From an uncultured Gemmatimonadales bacterium (GTDB taxonomy: Bacteria > Gemmatimonadota > Gemmatimonadetes > Gemmatimonadales > GWC2-71-9): 64,000 bases of DNA. Under the pieces are notes generated by a model. It saw nothing but the letters and a program-made list of their open reading frames with translations, made no database searches and was not told the origin of the DNA. A program made the position numbers and the translations under genes. Where the stretch lies: the NCBI GenBank assembly GCA_963828735.1, contig CAWHFW010000005.1, forward strand, positions 2,368,001 through 2,432,000. Direction: 5' to 3'. Shown here piece after piece: positions 57,825 through 64,000 of the stretch. Every line of letters begins with the position of its first letter. Within the stretch, counting starts at the first letter, position 1.

Positions 57825-58655
57825 ATGGCTACCCCCACCCTGACCCGCCATCGCCTGCCCGGCGTTCTGGGCGAGATTCTGATCGACGCGCGTGCGGGCG
57901 GCCGCGAGTCGCCGCGCCCCGCTGTCGTCGTCATCCACGGATTCAAAGGATTCAAGGACTGGGGCTTATGGCCCAACCTCGGCGAGCGGATGGCGCGCGC
58001 CGGATTCTCTGCCATCACCTTCAACCTGAGCGGAAGCGGCGTGGACGATACCGGGGAGTTCGTCTATCCGGAGCGGTTCGGCCACAACACGTTCTCCGCG
58101 GAATTGCAAGACGTGCGCCGGGTGGTGGACGCGCTCGCCGCCGGTGAACTCGGCGTCGCGCCGCCCACCCGGCTGGGGTTGCTGGGACACTCCCGAGGGG
58201 GGGGCATAGCGGTGCTTCAGGCGGCGGCCGATCGCCGAGTCCGCGCGCTCGTGACCTGGGCCGCGATCTGGACGGTGGACCGCTGGCCGACGGCGCAGCG
58301 CACGGCGTGGCGCGCCGCGGGGGTGAACGAAGTGAAGAACACTCGCACCGGCCAGATCCTGCCCCAGTATCCGGACGTGCTCGATGACATCGAGCGGAAC
58401 GCAGCGGCGCTGGACATCCCGGGGGCCGCCCGCGCGATCGCGGTACCGTGGCTCATCGTTCACGGCACCGACGACGAGGCCGTGCCGCTCAGTGAGGGCG
58501 AGCGCCTCTCCGCGGCGGCGCCCGGGGCGCGCTTCCTCGCGATCGCGGGCGCCGGTCATACGTTCGGCGCGGCGCACCCGTGGCGCGGTTCCACGCCCGA
58601 GCTTCAGCAGGTCGAGGACGCGACGCTCGCCTTCTTCGCCGGGGAGCTGCGCTAG
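57825..58655 (+). CDS. Alpha/beta hydrolase
   Basis: HGFKGFKDWG, GHSRGG, HGTDD, GHTF. Confidence 0.9.
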   Translation: MATPTLTRHRLPGVLGEILIDARAGGRESPRPAVVVIHGFKGFKDWGLWPNLGERMARAGFSAITFNLSGSGVDDTGEFVYPERFGHNTFSAELQDVRRVVDALAAGELGVAPPTRLGLLGHSRGGGIAVLQAAADRRVRALVTWAAIWTVDRWPTAQRTAWRAAGVNEVKNTRTGQILPQYPDVLDDIERNAAALDIPGAARAIAVPWLIVHGTDDEAVPLSEGERLSAAAPGARFLAIAGAGHTFGAAHPWRGSTPELQQVEDATLAFFAGELR

Positions 58656-58657
58656 AC

Positions 58658-59539
58658 GTGCCGGCCAGGCGCTCCCTCCCGGGCCTGAGCGGTCGCGTCT
58701 GCGTGATCACGGGTGCGACCCGGGGCATCGGGCGCGCGGCAGCCGACCGTCTTACGGCCCTCGATGCACGCCTCGTGCTGCTCTGTCGGCGCCTGGCCGA
58801 TGGCGAGCGAGTCGCCACGGAGCTGCAACAGGCGCACCGCGCGCCGCGCGCGGACGTCGTCGTCGTCGATCTTTCCTCGCTGCAATCCATCCGAGAAGCG
58901 GCCGAGACCGTGCGCGCGCGGCATCCGGCGATTCACGCGCTGATCAACAACGCGGGCGTTATCCCCCGGCAGCGGCAGGTCTCGCTCGACGGCTTCGAGA
59001 TGCAGTTCGCGGTCAATCATCTCGCGTATTTCGCGCTCACCAATCTGCTGCTCGACCGGGTGACGGCCGCGGCGCCGTCCCGGGTCGTGAACGTCTCATC
59101 CGGCGCCCATCAGGGCGGGACCCTCGACTTCAACGATCTCCAGAGCGAGCGGCGCTACGACCCCGTGCGGGTGTACGGGCGCACCAAGCTGGCCAACGTG
59201 CTGTTCACTTACGAGCTTGCCCGCCGCGTCCGGTCGACGGGCGTGACGGTGAACTGCCTGCATCCGGGCGTCATCGCCACGCAGCTGCTGGCCGACTACA
59301 TGAACGTGCCGCTCGTCGAGGACGCGATCGCGCTCACCCTGGGCGCCGATGCCACCGAGGGGGCCGAGACCATCGTGTACCTTGCCGCGTCGCCCGAGGT
59401 CGAGGGCGTGACCGGGCGTTACTTCGTGGGCCGCCACGAGGCCCGATCCTCCCCGGCCTCCTATGACGAGAGCCTGCAGGGGCGACTTTGGGAGGAGAGC
59501 GCCAGGCTCACCTCGCTCGCGGGCGCACCCACACCTTGA
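58658..59539 (+). CDS. Short-chain dehydrogenase/reductase
   Basis: TGATRGIG, NNAG, YGRTK, HPG. Confidence 0.92.
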   Translation: MPARRSLPGLSGRVCVITGATRGIGRAAADRLTALDARLVLLCRRLADGERVATELQQAHRAPRADVVVVDLSSLQSIREAAETVRARHPAIHALINNAGVIPRQRQVSLDGFEMQFAVNHLAYFALTNLLLDRVTAAAPSRVVNVSSGAHQGGTLDFNDLQSERRYDPVRVYGRTKLANVLFTYELARRVRSTGVTVNCLHPGVIATQLLADYMNVPLVEDAIALTLGADATEGAETIVYLAASPEVEGVTGRYFVGRHEARSSPASYDESLQGRLWEESARLTSLAGAPTP

Positions 59540-59569
59540 CCGTCCGCGCTTGCGCGGCGAATCTCCGGC

Positions 59570-59797
59570 ATGCCCATCTACAACTATCGTTGCTCCGCCT
59601 GTGGCGCCGAGTTCGAACGGCTGGTCCGCTCCGACACGAAGGTGACGTGCCCCGCCTGCGATGGCCGGAAGCTCGAGCGGCTCATGTCGCTCACTGCTCG
59701 CCCGGCCGGTGCCGCCGCTACAGCCGACTATAGCCGCCTGGGCCCGCCCCCGGGCGGCGGCTGCTGCGGCGGCGGATGTCACTCGCACAACCACTGA
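59570..59797 (+). CDS. FmdB family zinc-ribbon protein
   Basis: MPIYNYRCSAC...CPAC...GGCCGGGC. Confidence 0.9.
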   Translation: MPIYNYRCSACGAEFERLVRSDTKVTCPACDGRKLERLMSLTARPAGAAATADYSRLGPPPGGGCCGGGCHSHNH

Positions 59798-60366
59798 GCC
59801 TTCGGCTCGCTCGGCTGCGTGATCGGCTGGCCGGCCACCTGCCAGCCACCGACGACGGCGACGATGGCCTGATCTGGGCAGCCGTCGCCGTCGTGCTGGT
59901 GCCTTCCCCGGATGCCGTCCTTCTCATTCATCGCGCCGTGCGCGAGGGCGATCCATGGTCCGGCCACGTGGCGCTCCCCGGCGGACGCCGTGAACCCGAG
60001 GATCCCGACCTCGTGGAGACGGCCATTCGCGAGACGTTCGAGGAGGTCGGCCTGACGCTCGCGCGCGCGGATCTGCTGGGCGGCCTCGACGACGTGGTGC
60101 CCCGGACGCCCGTCCTGCCTCCCATCGCCGTCCGACCCTTCGTCTTCTATGTGCCCGGCCGCCCGGCCCTCACGCTCAGCCCCGAGGTGGCCGGCGTGCA
60201 CTGGGTACACCTCGACCATCTGCTGCACCCCGAGACCTACCACTCCGCTCGCTTGGAGATTCGCGGCGAGCCCCGCGACTTCCCGGCCTATCGGGTCGAG
60301 GAATCCATCGTCTGGGGCATGACCGAGCGGATCCTCACGGCCCTCCTCGATCAGGTACGGCAGTAG
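59776..60366 (+). CDS. Nudix hydrolase, CoA pyrophosphatase type
   Basis: SGHVALPGGR.E..D....TAIRETFEEVG, VWGMT. Confidence 0.92.
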   Translation: MSLAQPLSLRLARLRDRLAGHLPATDDGDDGLIWAAVAVVLVPSPDAVLLIHRAVREGDPWSGHVALPGGRREPEDPDLVETAIRETFEEVGLTLARADLLGGLDDVVPRTPVLPPIAVRPFVFYVPGRPALTLSPEVAGVHWVHLDHLLHPETYHSARLEIRGEPRDFPAYRVEESIVWGMTERILTALLDQVRQ

Positions 60367-60381
60367 GCGCGTTTGGGGTCG

Positions 60382-60425
60382 TTGACATTTGCTTTGCCTC
60401 AGCGCATTATTAGCCATGCCTAAAT
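60382..60425 (+). promoter_or_regulatory. Sigma70 promoter with overlapping DtxR/MntR-type operator
   Basis: TTGACA-N17-CATTAT, followed by TTAGCCATGCCTAA (one mismatch to TTAGG-N4-CCTAA). Confidence 0.75.
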
Positions 60426-60436
60426 CAGAGTTTCGT

Positions 60437-61123
60437 ATGCACACAACTACTGCCGCCGATGCGCTCACCCGTTCGGTCGAGGATTATCTCAAGGCCATCT
60501 ACCGGCTTAGCCCCGAAGGCCGGCCTGCGTCCACGAGCGACATCGCCCACCTGCTCGAGCTCTCCGCGCCTTCCGTCAGCGGGATGGTGAAGCGGCTGTC
60601 CGAGCTCGGCCTGCTCGAGCACATTCCGTACAAGGGTGTCCAGCTGACGGATGCCGGCCGCTTTGCGGCGCTGCGCATGGTGCGCCGCCACCGGCTGATC
60701 GAGGCCTACCTCGTCCAGTTCCTCGGATACAGCTGGGATACCGTGCACGCGGAGGCCGAGCGGCTGGAGCACGCCGTTTCAGACACGCTGGTCGAGCGGA
60801 TGGCGGCCGCGCTCGGGCACCCGGTCGTGGATCCTCATGGCGACCCGATCCCGAATGCCGACGGTTCCATCCACGAGCTCGCGTCCACGCCCCTGGCCGA
60901 CGTGCCGGTCGGCGAGACGGTCGAGATCCGCCGGGTGGACGAGCGGGAGCCCGAGCGGCTTCGCTATCTGGCGACGCTCGGCCTCGTGCCGGGAGTCGTG
61001 CTGACGCTACGCGACCGCCAGCCGTTCGGCGGCCCCGTCACGGTCGAGTCGGCTGGTGAGCAGCACGTCATCGGAGCCGAGCTCGCGCAGGTGGTGTTGG
61101 TGGGCGTGGAGGACGAGCGATGA
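60437..61123 (+). CDS. mntR: DtxR/MntR family metal-dependent repressor with FeoA domain
   Basis: [30 protein letters not shown]. Alternative start at ATG 60416. Confidence 0.9.
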   Translation: MHTTTAADALTRSVEDYLKAIYRLSPEGRPASTSDIAHLLELSAPSVSGMVKRLSELGLLEHIPYKGVQLTDAGRFAALRMVRRHRLIEAYLVQFLGYSWDTVHAEAERLEHAVSDTLVERMAAALGHPVVDPHGDPIPNADGSIHELASTPLADVPVGETVEIRRVDEREPERLRYLATLGLVPGVVLTLRDRQPFGGPVTVESAGEQHVIGAELAQVVLVGVEDER

Positions 61124-62478
61124 GCGCTGCGTCGACCTCGCCCGTCGAGGAGCTTGGCGGTTGGCGGTATCCTCGAACGCTGCCGAGCCTGCCCGAGTCG
61201 CATCACAGCGTCCTCGTTCCTCGCGGCGTGTCGTTCTGGCGAAAGGCGCTGGCCTTCGCCGGGCCCGGGTACATGGTGGCCGTGGGCTACATGGATCCAG
61301 GCAACTGGGCCACGGATCTCGCCGGAGGCGCGCGCTTCGGCTACACGCTTCTCAGCGTCATCCTGATCTCGAACCTGATGGCGATCCTGCTGCAGGCGCT
61401 CGCCCTCAAGCTGGGGATCGTGACGGGCCGCGATCTCGCGCAGGCCTGCCGCGATCACTACCCTCGCCCGGTGAGCTTCGTGCTCTGGGTGCTGTGCGAG
61501 ATCGCGATCGCCGCGTGCGACCTTGCCGAGGTCATCGGCTCGGCCATCGCGCTCAACCTGCTGTTCGACATTCCGCTCGTCTGGGGCGTGTGCCTCACGG
61601 CGCTCGACGTGCTGCTGATCCTGCTGCTTCAGCACAAGGGCTTCCGCTACCTCGAGGCCGTCGTCATCGCGCTGGTGGCCACCATCGGGGTCTGCTTCGC
61701 CGTGGAGCTCGTGATGGCGCGCCCGGCCATCGCCGAGGTGATGTCCGGACTGCTGCCACGTACCGAGATCGTGAGCAATCCGGCGATGCTCTATATCGCC
61801 ATCGGCATCCTGGGCGCCACCGTGATGCCCCACAACCTGTATCTCCATTCCTCGATCGTGCAGACGCGGAAGGTGCTGCCCGACGCGGCGTCGAAGCGCG
61901 AGGCCGTCCGCTTCGCCACGCTCGATTCCACCGTGGCGCTCCTGTTCGCGTTCTTCATCAACGCGGCCATCCTGATTCTCGCGGCTGCGACGTTCAACCG
62001 GACCGGTCACCAGAACGTGGCCGACATCGGCGACGCCTATCGCCTCCTCGCCCCGCTCCTCGGCACGACCGCCGCGAGCACGCTGTTCGCGGTGGCCCTG
62101 CTCGCCTCCGGGCAGAACTCAACCATCACGGGGACACTGGCCGGCCAGATTGTCATGGAGGGCTTCCTCAACATCCGGCTGCCCGCCTGGCTTCGCCGTC
62201 TCATCACCCGACTCATCGCGATCATACCTGCCGTGATCGTCACCGCCCTGTACGGCGAGCATGGCGCGGGGTCGCTTCTCATCCTGAGCCAGGTCATTCT
62301 GAGCCTTCAGCTCTCCTTCGCCGTGGTTCCGTTGGTGTACTTTACCGGCCAGCGAAGGAAGATGGGCGACTTCGTCAACTCCCCTTGGCTCGCGGGCCTG
62401 GCCTGGACCGTTGCCATCGTCATCATGGGCCTCAACGCCTGGCTCCTCATCGGGACGTTCCGCAACTGGCTCGCGTGA
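61120..62478 (+). CDS. mntH: Nramp family Mn2+ transporter
   Basis: GYMDPGNW and [13 protein letters not shown] motifs. Confidence 0.96.
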   Translation: MSAASTSPVEELGGWRYPRTLPSLPESHHSVLVPRGVSFWRKALAFAGPGYMVAVGYMDPGNWATDLAGGARFGYTLLSVILISNLMAILLQALALKLGIVTGRDLAQACRDHYPRPVSFVLWVLCEIAIAACDLAEVIGSAIALNLLFDIPLVWGVCLTALDVLLILLLQHKGFRYLEAVVIALVATIGVCFAVELVMARPAIAEVMSGLLPRTEIVSNPAMLYIAIGILGATVMPHNLYLHSSIVQTRKVLPDAASKREAVRFATLDSTVALLFAFFINAAILILAAATFNRTGHQNVADIGDAYRLLAPLLGTTAASTLFAVALLASGQNSTITGTLAGQIVMEGFLNIRLPAWLRRLITRLIAIIPAVIVTALYGEHGAGSLLILSQVILSLQLSFAVVPLVYFTGQRRKMGDFVNSPWLAGLAWTVAIVIMGLNAWLLIGTFRNWLA

Positions 62479-63293
62479 TCCTTCGGCGACTCCCCGTACG
62501 CAACCTGCTGCTCCTCCTGCTCGCCCGATCCGTGGGCGCGCAGGAGGCGTCGAGCAACCAGCCGATTTCCGACAACAGCTTTCTGATCGAAGAGGCCTAC
62601 AACCAGGAAGCTGGAATCGTGCAGCACATCAGCACCTTCCTACGCCCGGACGGCGGCGGCAGCTGGGCCTATTCGTTCACGCAGGAATGGCCTTTCCTGG
62701 GGAGCGTGCACCAGCTGAGCTATACGATCCCCGTCCTGAGCGACTCGGGGAACGGGACAGGGCTCGGGGACATCCTCCTCAACTACCGCTATCAGCTCGT
62801 CGCCAACGGCGACGACGGGCTGCATGTCGCCCCTCGCCTGAGCGCCGTCCTTCCCTCGGGGGATGAGCGCCGGAGCCGGGGCAGGGGAGGCCTGGGAATC
62901 CAGACGAATCTCCCGCTCAGCATTCGGCCGCGCTCGTGGCTCGCGCTGCACGCCAACGCGGGCTTGACCTGGACGCCGGACGCGAAGAACCAGGACGGTG
63001 AGACGGCCACTACCTTGGACACCAACCTTGGCGGCAGCGCCATCTGGCTGCTCCGGCGCAATTTCAATCTGATGCTGGAGCTCTTGTGGCTGCGCAATCA
63101 GGGAGTGGTAGGCCCCGGTCGACACGGCACGGCGGATCTCGTGTTCCTCAATCCGGGTGTCCGATGGGCCTTCGACTTCGCCAGTGGTCTCCAGATCGTG
63201 CCGGGAGTGGCGTACACGCTCGGCCTCACGGACGCCGCCGGCAAGAACGTGCTGTTCCTGTACCTCAGCTTCGAGCATCCCTTCCGGCATTAG
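62475..63293 (+). CDS. Putative outer-membrane beta-barrel protein
   Basis: Signal peptide, [26 protein letters not shown], amphipathic strands, C-terminal [12 protein letters not shown]-coupled to mntH. Confidence 0.75.
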   Translation: MILRRLPVRNLLLLLLARSVGAQEASSNQPISDNSFLIEEAYNQEAGIVQHISTFLRPDGGGSWAYSFTQEWPFLGSVHQLSYTIPVLSDSGNGTGLGDILLNYRYQLVANGDDGLHVAPRLSAVLPSGDERRSRGRGGLGIQTNLPLSIRPRSWLALHANAGLTWTPDAKNQDGETATTLDTNLGGSAIWLLRRNFNLMLELLWLRNQGVVGPGRHGTADLVFLNPGVRWAFDFASGLQIVPGVAYTLGLTDAAGKNVLFLYLSFEHPFRH

Positions 63294-63354
63294 GTTTCGC
63301 TGCACCACAGCGCACGCCACCCTGTGGCGTGTGGCTTTCCTGTGGTGACCTTCG

Positions 63355-64000
63355 ATGAACGCACTCGCCGGCCTTTACCTCGTTCTCCTGATAGGCGCGA
63401 CGGCCGTGGGCGCCGACGGACAGGGCGGAAGCGGGCTCCCCGAGGTTGCCGTCGAGCGCCGCCTCGCCCGGGAGCTGTCGCTGCGAGTGGGTGACACCAT
63501 TCGCCTGGGGACGGCTCCCGACTCGATGCGCGCCATCGCCACCGTCGCGGCGATCTACGAGCCGCGCCCCGATCCCGCGGAGGTCACCAGGGACGAGCGG
63601 CGCGTCCGCCTGCACCTGCCCGATCTGGCCGCGCTGCTCGGACAGCCGGACCGCGTCGACCGCTTCGGGATCGGGCTCGTGCCGGGCACGCCGGTGGACA
63701 GCGCGGTCGCCGAGCTCGAACGCAGCGCGTTCGGATACCGTGCCTATGGGTCGCGGTCCATCGCCGCCGAATCCTCCCAGACCTTCCTCGTCGTGAGCCG
63801 ATTCCACCGCGCCATCGCCGTCATCACGATCGTCGCGAGCGCGGTCTTCCTCCTGTGCCTCATGATCCTCAAGGTCGAGGAGCGGCGGATGGACGCCGCA
63901 GTCATGCGCTTCGTCGGTGTCCGTCGGCGAACCATTTTCGGCGCGCTGCTGCTCGAGGCGGCCGTCGTGGCAGTGGCGGGATCCGCACTTGGCACCGGCC
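63355..64000 (+). CDS. ABC transporter permease, FtsX/MacB-like (partial)
   Basis: Not in the ORF track; hand-translated open frame to the window end: ...FLLCLMILKVEERRMDAAVMRFVG.....IFGALLLEA. Confidence 0.85.
   Translation, partial: MNALAGLYLVLLIGATAVGADGQGGSGLPEVAVERRLARELSLRVGDTIRLGTAPDSMRAIATVAAIYEPRPDPAEVTRDERRVRLHLPDLAALLGQPDRVDRFGIGLVPGTPVDSAVAELERSAFGYRAYGSRSIAAESSQTFLVVSRFHRAIAVITIVASAVFLLCLMILKVEERRMDAAVMRFVGVRRRTIFGALLLEAAVVAVAGSALGTG

Noticed and set aside
63303..63347. Interrupted hairpin CACCACAG..CACGCCAC-CCT-GTGGCGTG..CTGTGGTG as a riboswitch
   Set aside because: It is too short and has no recognisable aptamer. It is more likely a simple terminator or stabiliser after the mnt operon.
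1..64000. CRISPR arrays, rRNA, IS elements or prophage genes
   Set aside because: No regularly spaced repeats, rRNA-like sequence, transposase, integrase or phage structural motifs were found by eye.

Overview
High-GC chromosomal window. The gene repertoire (Ser/Thr kinase-TPR proteins, PAS/GAF hybrid kinases, many lipoproteins) suggests Gemmatimonadota; this is an inference. Ordinary content: PAS/GAF hybrid kinases, a MarR-dioxygenase-esterase (mhq-like) operon, secreted hydrolases, an arginine operon, two Ser/Thr kinases, tRNA-Asn, PiT/DUF47, an N6-adenine MTase plus SNF2-like helicase pair, and mntR-mntH. The main finding is at 29.9-40.0 kb. Three small peptide genes absent from the ORF track (42-52 aa) share an EL(S/G/N)VEELE(A/E)(R/K)IAP motif followed by short basic tails. 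Two sit at the head of an operon encoding a GAF-GAF-HlyD fusion, a lipoprotein adaptor and an RRE/PqqD-like + site-2 protease (M50) + HlyD fusion. A SARP/BTAD-ATPase regulator is divergent from this operon. Both peptide loci, 4.5 kb apart, have the same upstream layout (heptamer-N15-heptamer-N4-heptamer-N8-TAGGTT), which is the classic SARP promoter geometry. A second finding is the arg operon. It lacks argA/argJ but carries a DUF1611-like gene, and its transcarbamylase has Val at the acyl-specificity position (succinyl type). This points to a possible non-orthologous N-acylglutamate synthase. Two genes carry single-base insertions that are probably sequencing errors. No CRISPR, rRNA or transposase was seen.
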